Shown: piece after piece, positions 33,757 to 42,831 of the stretch
Numbering within the stretch: the stretch's first letter is position 1
How the letters are laid out: each line of letters opens with the position of its first letter
Notes under the pieces: generated by a model
The model's database searches: none
Seen by the model: only the letters and a program-made list of their open reading frames with translations
Told to the model about the DNA's origin: nothing
Position numbers and translations under genes: made by a program
Virus record (IMG/VR): IMGVR_UViG_3300028534_000007
Strand: one strand, 5' to 3'
From: a virus
Length of the DNA stretch: 44,622 nucleotides

Positions 33757-34590
33757 CTATTCAACATTTATTAAGCCATCATCTATATATAGTTTCTTAG
33801 GTCTATTAGTGGCTTTATCTATCAATATAATTTCATCTCTTTTAATCATGTTATCTAATTCCTCTATCTTCTTATCTGCAAATTCTTGCACCTTGGATAT
33901 AGATAGATTTGTTTTAGAGAAAAGAAGAGTTTTTAACTCTGAATAGGTGTTATTTAACTGCCCTTTCCCTCTTTCTATAATCTTATCAATATCCAAAGCT
34001 TTTTTATTTATTTTTTCTAATATCTTGTTTACTCTTTCTATATCCAAACTCTTAAATTTAAGGTCTATCTCTTTTAACGCTCTCTCTTTTAAATCGTTTA
34101 TCTTACTAGAATACTCTTTAAGCTGATTAAGAGAGGAGTTAGCAAGGGCTTTGAAAGTTTTAGTTTGGTGCTGTATCTCTGATTTAAAATCCTCTATATT
34201 TTTATAAAACGTGTTCCTCTCATTCTCAAGGCTATAAATTTGTTGCTGTAGATTTGCCTTTGCTCTTTCTATATCTTTTTGGATTTGTTCGATATTCTCT
34301 ATATTTTTTATAACTGCTTTGGCTTGTTCTAGTAATAGTTTTGTCTCTTCTAAATCGTCTTGTTTTATCCTATTAGTAAGTTTGTAGCTCTCTAACTCTA
34401 AGATATTAGCCTTTTCGGTGCTAGTAGAATAGTTATATATAGTTACTATATCTTTTGGCTCAAACTCCAAAACTATATCATTTCCAACTATGTAAAAGGG
34501 AGTTATCTTGTGTCCTATAAAAACAAGATACTTACTACCCTTTCCAAATTTCCTAAAACTCCTACTTGGTTTAAATTGTCTAACTGTCAT
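33757..34590 (-). CDS. Coiled-coil virion protein (fibre shaft/adaptor-like)
   Basis: 277 aa with a short beta-rich N-terminus followed by about 200 aa of uninterrupted heptad-like sequence. It lies directly after tail tubular B. Confidence 0.45.
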   Translation of the reverse strand: MTVRQFKPSRSFRKFGKGSKYLVFIGHKITPFYIVGNDIVLEFEPKDIVTIYNYSTSTEKANILELESYKLTNRIKQDDLEETKLLLEQAKAVIKNIENIEQIQKDIERAKANLQQQIYSLENERNTFYKNIEDFKSEIQHQTKTFKALANSSLNQLKEYSSKINDLKERALKEIDLKFKSLDIERVNKILEKINKKALDIDKIIERGKGQLNNTYSELKTLLFSKTNLSISKVQEFADKKIEELDNMIKRDEIILIDKATNRPKKLYIDDGLINVE

Positions 34591-34592
34591 AC

Positions 34593-36722
34593 TTATCCTC
34601 TCTTTGGCTGTGGTTCAACTTCTAAAGTTAGGTTTATTAATTCAATATCTAGTGGCTTATCCTCTACGCTCTCTATTATTATATCGGTGTTAAAATTATG
34701 CCCGTTTAATACATGTTGCTTGTTTGGATATGGATTTGGAAGAGAATTTATAATATAACTGTCTGTTTCTCTTTCTACTTCTATCTTGTAATCCCCATTA
34801 GTTACAAATAATTCTATTCTCTTATACCAAAATTTAAGCCACGTCTTACCCTCTCCTAATAGGTTTTTAGGTAGGTAAGCCCTTGATATAAAGTTCCTAT
34901 CATCATCTCTATAATTATTTGTATCCTCATTTATTAGGTCAATAGCATATATTCCATCTGCTCCGACTAATATTAATTTACCCTCTTGCACTTCTATATT
35001 ATATATCTGTGTGCCAATGTTCCAAAGATAACAATCTCCATCTTTGATAACCACTACATTGTTAGAGGTGCTATCTAAGAGAAATAAATAATTTCTTTCT
35101 GGATATACTGCTATATCCTTAGCCCCTTTTATTAAGCCTCTGAAACTCTGTGATATTTCCCTACTTGCTCCATCTGGACTAGTGGCGTAAAGCCTATTAT
35201 CTGCAAGGTAGTAAACTATATTTTGACTAACTATCGCATGAGATATATTTAGCTCTGACACCTTAACAATATAATTTGTGTCCTCTCCTGTGTCTCCTAC
35301 TAGCCTATTAATATAAATCCCATTAGTAGTAAAGATATAAAGCCCATATTGAAAAGTTCCAACCTTTAATATTTTCTCTCTCTTAGATAGGCTCATTCCA
35401 TAAAATTTAGGATCGTTAGATAACTCTGCTCTTGCTGTGGTATAAAAGAAGTTAATAGCCCTATCCTCTATTATAGCACTTAAAGAGATACTATCAGAGG
35501 TAACAAACCCTAAACGCCCATTATAATAAACTGCATCTTGTATATAATTATTTATAAATGGTGGGTGTGGTGCTGTGGCGTGTTTTCTCTTTAGCTCCAT
35601 AAAAGATAAACTAAAATCATCTAAAGAGGTGCGATATAGAGTTAGTGGCATAGTTCTATTGTCTATCTCTCTATCTTCTGAAGGGTCGGCACACTCTATC
35701 CACTTTCCTCTTTCATGTTCTACAAAGTATCCAGTCCCGTTTTCTTTAACTTTAACTATGGCGTAACTAGAAGGCTGGGGGTTTGGGCTAGGTGGAGGCA
35801 ATTTATTAGGCTCTACAAGCTTAACCCCTCCTAATTGCGTATCTGGTTCGTCTCTAGTGACTTCTGCTAAATAGTAATCATTGTATCTGTGCGACCATTC
35901 CCAAACCTCATAATAGGGCTCTCCGTCATTTTTTTCATAATAAAACCATTCATAGGAGGTGTTATCAAAATTTTGTGGTAAATCCTCCATTCTTTCCACT
36001 TCTCTATAAATAAGCTTTAAAGCCTTATTCCCAAAAGTATCAGATACCCTAGTTTCAGTATCTGCCCCTTTTAGCATAGATAAAACGCTTCCAAATTTAG
36101 AGGTGTTTGGAATTAGTGCAAAGTCCTCAATAACCTTTATTGTATCATCTCTTTTAGTCCAATATGTAGTCCCGCCAACAGTTAGAAAATAAGTGTAGCC
36201 ACCGTTTAGAGTAGTTGATTCTTTAGCCCACACTAAACGCTTACGCTTATAAAATACTGCGGGGCTGTGTTCTATGGGTTTCATTTTTACCTGTTTTGTG
36301 CGGTTGATAATAAAAGTAGTATCCCTTATTGTTACGCACTTAAATACCTCTTGTGGTGTCATATCTGCTGGAAATTGTAGATAGTTATCTAAATCTACAT
36401 CACTATTTCCAAACGCCCTATAATTTAAATTCTTTTGGTTTCCTTGGTTATCTAATATATATATAACCCCTTGGCGTGTTTGTGCATCTATGTCTTTATA
36501 TGTAATTGCTATGAGGTAAGTCTCTTTATTATCTCCTCTATCATACGTATATATACAACTATCCTCTCTAAGGGAGAGATTAGAATATTTTTTAGCTCCG
36601 TTTCTCCTCTTTAATAGAAAATCCTCTACTAACATATTCTCTATTAGCTTACTCTCATTCTGCCCTTGTCTGCTAATTGGTAGTGTGCTTGTAGAGGCAG
36701 GAAAAACATTTTTTACTATCAT
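34593..36722 (-). CDS. Tail tubular protein B (T7 gp12-like nozzle)
   Basis: 709 aa. VFKCVTIRDTTFIINRTKQV matches gp12 LRMVTVADYTFIVNRNVV, and FINNYIQDAVYYNGRLGFVTSDSISLS matches gp12 SSINDVFFFRNRLGFLSGENIILS. Confidence 0.85.
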   Translation of the reverse strand: MIVKNVFPASTSTLPISRQGQNESKLIENMLVEDFLLKRRNGAKKYSNLSLREDSCIYTYDRGDNKETYLIAITYKDIDAQTRQGVIYILDNQGNQKNLNYRAFGNSDVDLDNYLQFPADMTPQEVFKCVTIRDTTFIINRTKQVKMKPIEHSPAVFYKRKRLVWAKESTTLNGGYTYFLTVGGTTYWTKRDDTIKVIEDFALIPNTSKFGSVLSMLKGADTETRVSDTFGNKALKLIYREVERMEDLPQNFDNTSYEWFYYEKNDGEPYYEVWEWSHRYNDYYLAEVTRDEPDTQLGGVKLVEPNKLPPPSPNPQPSSYAIVKVKENGTGYFVEHERGKWIECADPSEDREIDNRTMPLTLYRTSLDDFSLSFMELKRKHATAPHPPFINNYIQDAVYYNGRLGFVTSDSISLSAIIEDRAINFFYTTARAELSNDPKFYGMSLSKREKILKVGTFQYGLYIFTTNGIYINRLVGDTGEDTNYIVKVSELNISHAIVSQNIVYYLADNRLYATSPDGASREISQSFRGLIKGAKDIAVYPERNYLFLLDSTSNNVVVIKDGDCYLWNIGTQIYNIEVQEGKLILVGADGIYAIDLINEDTNNYRDDDRNFISRAYLPKNLLGEGKTWLKFWYKRIELFVTNGDYKIEVERETDSYIINSLPNPYPNKQHVLNGHNFNTDIIIESVEDKPLDIELINLTLEVEPQPKRG

Positions 36723-37300
36723 CTATCTAGCCCCCAAAAAGAACGCCATGAATAGTTACAATTTTTCTTAGAACCTAGAAAGTTAAGCCCTTGCTCATCT
36801 ATGTTTCTTTGTATTGCATTAGCTTTTTTTCTAATCCAATTATCTTGTAAGCTAGATAAGGTATCTTGGATATTACCACCTAAAGTAGCCCTAAGTTCCC
36901 ACGCTGTTTGAGCTGTCACTAACTCTATAAAATATGGTGGTGCAAGGTCTAAGGGCAAATCCTCAATGAGTATCAATCTTGTTCCACTATCAAACTTAAA
37001 ACTTTGTTTTTTAATGTCATAGAGTTTATTATCTATGTTCCTATATTGTAGTTCTCTTCTTAGAGGGTTTCTGAAACTTAAAATACCGTCAAGATGTATT
37101 TCTCCATTGATGTCTGGTTCTAATACCCTATTAGAGGTATTCCAGCCCCAGCCATTAGCTTCTAGTTCTAGCCTTACTTCATCTATCTTATTAACTACCC
37201 TCTGGGCGTCTCTATCTGTGTTTATAGTTATGTCATCTACCAAAGGTAAGCTAAGAAGTTCTAAAACCTTATTTACCTCTCTAAGAAGATTAAAAGCCAT
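36719..37300 (-). CDS. Tail tubular protein A (T7 gp11-like adaptor)
   Basis: 193 aa. VNKVLELLSLPLVDD...AQRVVNKIDEVRLELEANGWGWN matches gp11 VNDILASIGEPPVS...[20 protein letters not shown]. Confidence 0.85.
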   Translation of the reverse strand: MAFNLLREVNKVLELLSLPLVDDITINTDRDAQRVVNKIDEVRLELEANGWGWNTSNRVLEPDINGEIHLDGILSFRNPLRRELQYRNIDNKLYDIKKQSFKFDSGTRLILIEDLPLDLAPPYFIELVTAQTAWELRATLGGNIQDTLSSLQDNWIRKKANAIQRNIDEQGLNFLGSKKNCNYSWRSFWGLDR

Positions 37301-37303
37301 AAT

Positions 37304-38194
37304 CTACACTGCACTTCTTATCTCTGTTAATTGGCTTGGAACTAGCACACCTAAACCAATAAAAAACTTACCTAGTAGTAAATTCCCTAAATAGTCTGGA
37401 AGATAATCTATACTAGTTCTAATCCCATTATACAAGTCTAGTCTTCCTGCTACATCTTCCCCATAAAGGAAAGCTACTGTTTTCTCTGACTCTCTCTGCT
37501 GGTTAAAGGTATTAGAAACAATAATTTGCTTAATTCCAAATCTTGCAAGAACATCTACATAATCTCTATTTGCAAAATATTTACTTAGTAAAATGTGGGA
37601 GTAATTAGTTGCATTTGTCACAATAGTTACATTATCCCAAATATATCTATCATGCCTATTGTCCATTGCCTCAATAATAGCTAATACTATCTGATTTCCT
37701 CTCTCCTCTTCGTCTGTTGCTGTTGCGATTTGGGGTCTTACTACTACTTGAGCGTTACCCATTCCAACTTTTCCGTTTGTGGACATTGCTGTTTGGATTG
37801 TGTCTAAAATCCTCATATCATACTTTTGTGCTAGAATATATCCAATTTTTTGTGAGTATTTATCTAGTATGTTGAAGTCATTTAAGTTTGTTTGGTTCTC
37901 ATCTGCAAAGATAGAGAAGTATGTAACATTATCATCATAATTTAAAAACACATGGTCGGTTTCAATTGTGCTTGTATCTACTTGTGTTCCTGCTGTGTGT
38001 TGTTGAATATCTGCTAAGTTAGGATTTCCAACTAAAGGGAAACTATAACCTAACCCACTAACAGAGGGGCTTCTGTTAATTGTCTCTACTAGTTTCAATC
38101 TATCCTCGTAAGCTACAATAGTTCTATTTCTAAAATAGAGCAGTATGTCCTCATTAGAGAGGGTCTTATTGTTGTTTTGGGTATCAAATGCCAT
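37304..38194 (-). CDS. Major capsid protein (T7 gp10-like)
   Basis: 296 aa. SGLGYSFPLVGNPNLADIQQHTAGTQV...YSQKIGYILAQKYDMRILDTI is colinear with gp10 SGKSAQFPVLGRTQAAYLAPGENL...YTSQLGESLAMAADGAVLAEI. Confidence 0.82.
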   Translation of the reverse strand: MAFDTQNNNKTLSNEDILLYFRNRTIVAYEDRLKLVETINRSPSVSGLGYSFPLVGNPNLADIQQHTAGTQVDTSTIETDHVFLNYDDNVTYFSIFADENQTNLNDFNILDKYSQKIGYILAQKYDMRILDTIQTAMSTNGKVGMGNAQVVVRPQIATATDEEERGNQIVLAIIEAMDNRHDRYIWDNVTIVTNATNYSHILLSKYFANRDYVDVLARFGIKQIIVSNTFNQQRESEKTVAFLYGEDVAGRLDLYNGIRTSIDYLPDYLGNLLLGKFFIGLGVLVPSQLTEIRSAV

Positions 38195-38353
38195 TTTAAG
38201 TTCCTTTCTGAAAAATATAACATTGGTAAATAGATAATGGAAAAATAAAAGCGAGGTTACCCTATAGGCTCTACAATGCTATATTATAGAACCTATTATC
38301 TTAATCTTTTATTGTTGGGTAGTGGGCTTTGGATTACTATCTTTTGGTTCTAA

Positions 38354-38806
38354 CTAAAAGGATTCAACCAACTCATCATATAATTTGGTATATTCCTCTA
38401 TTAGCAAATTCCTGTTATGGCACTCTAACGATTCATAACGACTTTTTATGGATTCAAACTCCCTCTCTTGTAGGTAAACAATAACCTCTTTCTTATCTGT
38501 ATCAACCTTAAAATATACACCATCCATATCATTATTCATCACTTTTTTTAGATTTATTGTATCGCTAAACTCATACATAACATCTAGTAGGGATATAAAT
38601 AATTTCAAATCAGACACAAGCCATCTTCTAAATGCTTCGGGGAGATATATGCCACCTACCTTACTATTAGCAATTGCTATTTTAACCAGCGATATTAAAT
38701 TATTATCATCATCTACACTATCAATATCAACGCCAAGCGAGGCAAACCCCGCCCTTAAAGCGGACAATTCCAGTGTTTTAATTTCTGTTTCTTTTTTTTT
38801 GTTCAC
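38354..38806 (-). CDS. Hypothetical protein between scaffold and capsid genes
   Basis: 150-aa ORF, coupled to the upstream ORF (ATGA). No motif recognised. Confidence 0.55.
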   Translation of the reverse strand: MNKKKETEIKTLELSALRAGFASLGVDIDSVDDDNNLISLVKIAIANSKVGGIYLPEAFRRWLVSDLKLFISLLDVMYEFSDTINLKKVMNNDMDGVYFKVDTDKKEVIVYLQEREFESIKSRYESLECHNRNLLIEEYTKLYDELVESF

Positions 38807-39558
38807 TTCTTTTTTCCCTCCTTTTTAACTTTATCTCTCTTGTGTTGTTCTTCTGCTCCAAACACCAATGAACCATAAACTACTTTACCATCACTTTTTG
38901 CAATCCTATCTTTTTCATTTAGCTTACAAATATTATTAATACCTCTCTCTAATAGGTATTCAAAAGTGTGTGGCTCTACTAAGTAATTATTTTGTGGGTT
39001 GTCTTTAATTTCCCCGATAACTGCATTCCCTGTTAGCACCTGATTATCCCTTAGGACTACAATAGATACATTTAGGGAATTTATAAAATTGTATCTCCTT
39101 AAAAAAGGTAATGTCCCATCTATTTTTGGTCTCATATATGTAACATATATAGTTTCTTTTCTCCTGTCTAACATATTTTCCTTAAAATATTCCTCTCTTA
39201 TATTTTTATATTTCCACTTACCTTCTAAAAGGATAGGGCTAGAGAATTCTATTAGTTTCTTTCTATCATCACTTAGCTTACGCCCTAGCTTAAGAGGGTC
39301 TTTTATTGCTGGAGTTTTGATTGGTGCATAAAATAGAGATGGGCAAAGGGGGTTCCGCTTATACCATCTTCCATTTATAAACACATCTACTAGATAAACT
39401 TCTGCATAGTTTGTAATTAGTTTTCCTATCAGCCTTACAAATCCAATATCTCCCTCTTTTACACAGTCTGGAAAGATTGGATTATTTGGTGTAAAATCAT
39501 ACACTACTGCGTAAGGTGTGCTAGAGTATCTAAATCTTAATTCTGTTTGAAGTTTCAT
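38803..39558 (-). CDS. Hypothetical protein between scaffold and capsid genes
   Basis: 251-aa ORF with a basic C-terminal tail (KRDKVKKEGKKK). No motif recognised. Confidence 0.55.
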   Translation of the reverse strand: MKLQTELRFRYSSTPYAVVYDFTPNNPIFPDCVKEGDIGFVRLIGKLITNYAEVYLVDVFINGRWYKRNPLCPSLFYAPIKTPAIKDPLKLGRKLSDDRKKLIEFSSPILLEGKWKYKNIREEYFKENMLDRRKETIYVTYMRPKIDGTLPFLRRYNFINSLNVSIVVLRDNQVLTGNAVIGEIKDNPQNNYLVEPHTFEYLLERGINNICKLNEKDRIAKSDGKVVYGSLVFGAEEQHKRDKVKKEGKKK

Positions 39559-39562
39559 CTAA

Positions 39563-40345
39563 TCAATATTTCTTCCCTGTAAAACTTCTTCTAGCCTTTG
39601 CCATTACTGCATCTCTAAAGGCTCTATCACTGCTAAATCGTGGATCCCTCATTGCTTGTTGTAACTCTTTCTCGCTCGTAAATTTGTCTTGACTGCTTCC
39701 CATTCTTTGAGTATATGGATTGAATAATTGTGAGTTTGGTTGTGCTTGGTAACCCTCATACAACATCTTGGATATTTTAGCAAGTAAAGAGGGATTATTT
39801 TCATTTAGATTCTGTATCATGGCTTTTTCTTGTTCGGAGAAATAATCCCCACTAAACAACTCATTAGTAAACTCTACTATCTCGTTTCTTTGTTCTCCTA
39901 GTATCTCCAAAGCCTCTAATGTTTTCTGTTTTGCCTCTAACTCTTTTAGTGCCTTAGAACTCTCTATATTGGATTTAACTATGTCTATAACCTCATCAGT
40001 ATAACCTAACTCTTTTAACTGCTGTCTATCATTATCATCTAAATATGACTTCTGGGATAACTTCTCTTCTAATATCTCACTCAAACTCTTCTTTGGGTTT
40101 TCTAGCTGTTCTACTTTTTGCTTTAGTTGGTGGAACTCGTTTAATTTTTGATAGTGAGTTTTCTCTAACTCCTCATAAGACTTTTTAAGGTCTTCAACAC
40201 TTTTAAAATTACGGAAATTAAACCCCCCATCACTTTTGATATCTGTTTGGTTATCTCTATTAGTTGGTTCATTGATTGGTTCTTGTTGAGGTTGAGTTTG
40301 TTGTTGTGCTGTTTGTGTAGTTGTTGGTGTCCCTTGTTTATCCAT
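39563..40345 (-). CDS. Putative scaffolding protein
   Basis: 260 aa with a Q/T-rich N-terminus and a long acidic coiled coil. It lies between the portal and capsid genes, as T7 gp9 does. Confidence 0.6.
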   Translation of the reverse strand: MDKQGTPTTTQTAQQQTQPQQEPINEPTNRDNQTDIKSDGGFNFRNFKSVEDLKKSYEELEKTHYQKLNEFHQLKQKVEQLENPKKSLSEILEEKLSQKSYLDDNDRQQLKELGYTDEVIDIVKSNIESSKALKELEAKQKTLEALEILGEQRNEIVEFTNELFSGDYFSEQEKAMIQNLNENNPSLLAKISKMLYEGYQAQPNSQLFNPYTQRMGSSQDKFTSEKELQQAMRDPRFSSDRAFRDAVMAKARRSFTGKKY

Positions 40346-40539
40346 TAAAATCTCCCTTTCAATACTCTATTTACATCATCTCTACTAGCTCCAAGCTCTA
40401 TCGCTATTTGTTCTACCTCTTTTCCTGATTTTCTTAGTCTATTAACCATAATTACAAAGCTTTTTTTGTCCATAAATTTAGCTGTGCTTCTATATTTTTT
40501 GCCTCGCTCTTGATATACCTCTTCACTGTCTAAAATCAT
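40345..40539 (-). CDS. Small helix-turn-helix protein (sigma region 4 / LuxR-like HTH)
   Basis: 64 aa. KSGKEVEQIAIELGASRDDVNRVLKG fits the G-x-s..eIA..lg.s...V.r.l pattern. Confidence 0.45.
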   Translation of the reverse strand: MILDSEEVYQERGKKYRSTAKFMDKKSFVIMVNRLRKSGKEVEQIAIELGASRDDVNRVLKGRF

Positions 40540-40754
40540 TATCTATCGTCCCTATATAATCTAACATTACATTTATCATCTCTATTTACTTTCCTACAAC
40601 CATTTAATTCGAATTTTACACCTTGTGGCTCTAGGTTAGAGTAATCTACACCATCAGTTTGTGTGCCATCGCATGGGTAACATGGACGCCCTATTCTATT
40701 ATCAACATAGACTATTAAACAGGAATCTTTCACTATTGTATTAATCATTTCCAT
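40539..40754 (-). CDS. Hypothetical Cys-rich small protein
   Basis: 71-aa ORF, coupled at both ends, with five Cys residues (CYPCDG..C..C). Confidence 0.45.
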   Translation of the reverse strand: MEMINTIVKDSCLIVYVDNRIGRPCYPCDGTQTDGVDYSNLEPQGVKFELNGCRKVNRDDKCNVRLYRDDR

Positions 40755-40951
40755 TTCTCCTTTTCTTCATTTTTTAATTTTGCTCCATACTTACCATGGC
40801 TTGGGTCTATTTTTCTATCCTTATAAACCTTAGACGCGTCATAGACTTCACTAGATAGAGCAATGGGGATATTAGTATCTTTTTTCTTTTTAGTTATCTC
40901 TTTTATATAGTCTATCAGCTCTTTCTTAGTCATCTTTTCTAGTTCTTTCAT
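40745..40951 (-). CDS. Hypothetical small lysine-rich protein
   Basis: 68-aa ORF whose start overlaps the portal stop (ATGA). Confidence 0.45.
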   Translation of the reverse strand: MKELEKMTKKELIDYIKEITKKKKDTNIPIALSSEVYDASKVYKDRKIDPSHGKYGAKLKNEEKEKWK

Positions 40952-42417
40952 TGTCTAGCTCCTTGTTGTGGTTGATTTTCTAATTGTTGTTGTATCATCG
41001 CTTTTTGTATTTGGGTTTGCTCTTCTGCTTGTATCTCCTCTTTATCTTTTAATACCTCATCAGTATTAACGCCTATAACATCAGCATAAGCCCTAAACAC
41101 CTTTTCACTAGATATAAATTGTTGTGCCTCTCCTAATTGATATATAGCCTCTAAAGGGACTAAAGCAGAGAGTTTATTTAATTTATCAAGGTTTCGGACA
41201 TCACCGATACCATTAATAAATTCTACCTTAACATCTTTTAGCTTTTTGTCTATCTTCATTTTAGATAGTAGCCAATCAAAAACGGGATTTTGTAGAGAGT
41301 GGGCTATTGTAATATAAAAGCCTCCAAATTTTTCACTCATCTCTTGTATTAGGGTTTGTATCTCGTATGCTGTGGTTTGTCTCTCTCTGATTACTCCAAC
41401 ACCTCTTAAAAAAGACGCTGATAATCTTCTCTCCACATTCTCTAAGTTTTGATACACCACATTCATATTAACTTGTTGAGGGCTATATGCTACTAAATCA
41501 CCCTCCATACCTACTATAAAATCTCCACTTTTGGAGTTCTTAACCTCTTCCAAATTATCAGCGATAACAGATGCAGGATTTACAAGATGTAATACTTTAG
41601 CCCCTTGCTCTGCACTGTCTCCCATTCCAACAGCTAACTTATCATATAGTTGTAAATCTCCTAAATGTCTATAACAGTATCCATATGAGTAGTTAAACCC
41701 TATCTCTTCGTATAGTTGGATAGGATATAATAAAATCTCTTTTACGGTTCTAGTCTTCTCTACTACCTCAAAATCTTCTATATACTCTTTTATTTGGTAG
41801 CCTTTATCTACTTTTGTTATCTCTATATAGAATGGATAAACATCTGGGACGCTGGTAGGATCGTATCTATTGCTTAATCCCTCTATATATTTTACATACG
41901 GTGTGTTATCATCTGGAAGTATAATTATCTGTTTTTCTATTATTATCTTATACCATTCACCATTTTCACGCCTCATAACTACATATTCATCTAGCCTATA
42001 AAAAGAGGGGTTGTTACTAGTAAAATCAAGCAACACGTTACCAGTAATAAGCAAATGCTCTATTACTTGAACCATATAACCCCTAATATTATTTTCCTCT
42101 GCAAACAGTCGTATTTGCTCTTCTAGTGCTATTAATAGGTTTGTAGCTGTTTCGTCTTTAACCTCTGAGTTGAGCTTAAAAAAGTTTGTTCCAAAAGGGA
42201 AGATTGATTTAACCAATTTACTAGCTAAGGTTGAGACTAAATCAGCTCCTAATGCTTGGTTTCTTATAATAATATCATCTTCGGTTAGTGTATCATATAG
42301 AGTAGATAGTGTATATTTTTCAATCTCTTCTGCTACATCTATATATCTCTCTCTATCTATCTTATATCTTTCTAAGTCTTTTAAGAACCCAGATTGTATA
42401 TATATGCTCTCTTTCAT
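40948..42417 (-). CDS. Portal (head-tail connector) protein, T7 gp8-like
   Basis: 489 aa. LERYKIDRERYIDVAEEIEKYTLSTLY...LGADLVSTLASKLVKSIFPFGTNFFKL matches gp8 YERLKNDRAPYETRAQNCAQYTIPSLF...GARGLNNLASKLMLALFPMQTWMRL. ITGNVLL, YGYCY..LGDL and SGDFIVG blocks are also shared. Confidence 0.9.
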   Translation of the reverse strand: MKESIYIQSGFLKDLERYKIDRERYIDVAEEIEKYTLSTLYDTLTEDDIIIRNQALGADLVSTLASKLVKSIFPFGTNFFKLNSEVKDETATNLLIALEEQIRLFAEENNIRGYMVQVIEHLLITGNVLLDFTSNNPSFYRLDEYVVMRRENGEWYKIIIEKQIIILPDDNTPYVKYIEGLSNRYDPTSVPDVYPFYIEITKVDKGYQIKEYIEDFEVVEKTRTVKEILLYPIQLYEEIGFNYSYGYCYRHLGDLQLYDKLAVGMGDSAEQGAKVLHLVNPASVIADNLEEVKNSKSGDFIVGMEGDLVAYSPQQVNMNVVYQNLENVERRLSASFLRGVGVIRERQTTAYEIQTLIQEMSEKFGGFYITIAHSLQNPVFDWLLSKMKIDKKLKDVKVEFINGIGDVRNLDKLNKLSALVPLEAIYQLGEAQQFISSEKVFRAYADVIGVNTDEVLKDKEEIQAEEQTQIQKAMIQQQLENQPQQGARQ

Positions 42418-42572
42418 CTATTACTATCCAAATCTATAACAAATATTTGGCTCTGATAACTCTTTTTTTTCTTCTTCTTGGTTTGATAAGTGTTTACACT
42501 CTGTAAACCTTGCTCTGTGCTAGTTTTAATCGTAGTAGTATTTGGCTGTGGTGCTGAAAATATGCCACCCAT
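42414..42572 (-). CDS. Possible 52-aa protein coupled to the portal gene, not in the ORF track
   Basis: My translation: MGGIFSAPQPNTTTIKTSTEQGLQSVNTYQTKKKKKKSYQSQIFVIDLDSNR. Its stop overlaps the portal ATG (ATGA), and its start follows the upstream stop (TAAAATG). Confidence 0.35.
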   Translation of the reverse strand: MGGIFSAPQPNTTTIKTSTEQGLQSVNTYQTKKKKKKSYQSQIFVIDLDSNR

Positions 42573-42573
42573 T

Positions 42574-42747
42574 TTATACCCTCTCTTTCTCTAATTTTGC
42601 GATTAGTAGTCTTATATATAATATAACTTCTTGATTTCCTTGTAATCTCACAAACTCACTCTTTTTAGTTCCCTTTTTTAGTGGTATGTGGTCAGGAAAT
42701 TTTTTTAATAGCTCTTTTTCTAGTTTTTTTAGTGTTCCATAATCCAT
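42574..42747 (-). CDS. Possible 57-aa protein, not in the ORF track
   Basis: My translation: MDYGTLKKLEKELLKKFPDHIPLKKGTKKSEFVRLQGNQEVILYIRLLIAKLEKERV. It fills an otherwise empty gap, but no SD is visible. Confidence 0.3.
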   Translation of the reverse strand: MDYGTLKKLEKELLKKFPDHIPLKKGTKKSEFVRLQGNQEVILYIRLLIAKLEKERV

Positions 42748-42831
42748 ATAGTTATTATATAGTGTGAAGTTTAAGAAAGTAGGAGAGGAGAAAATTAAGA
42801 AGATACCCCTCTAAAAGGGATATTTAAGGAT

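Noticed and set aside
37296-37310. T7-like programmed -1 frameshift at the end of the capsid gene (10A/10B)
   Set aside because: The capsid ORF stops at 37304-37306 and the next gene starts 4 nt later. I saw no slippery heptamer and no extended alternative frame.
38195-38353. Strong late promoter upstream of the capsid gene
   Set aside because: A TATAAT is present on the minus strand, but without a convincing -35 or TG extension. I could not support a call beyond noting the 160-bp leader.
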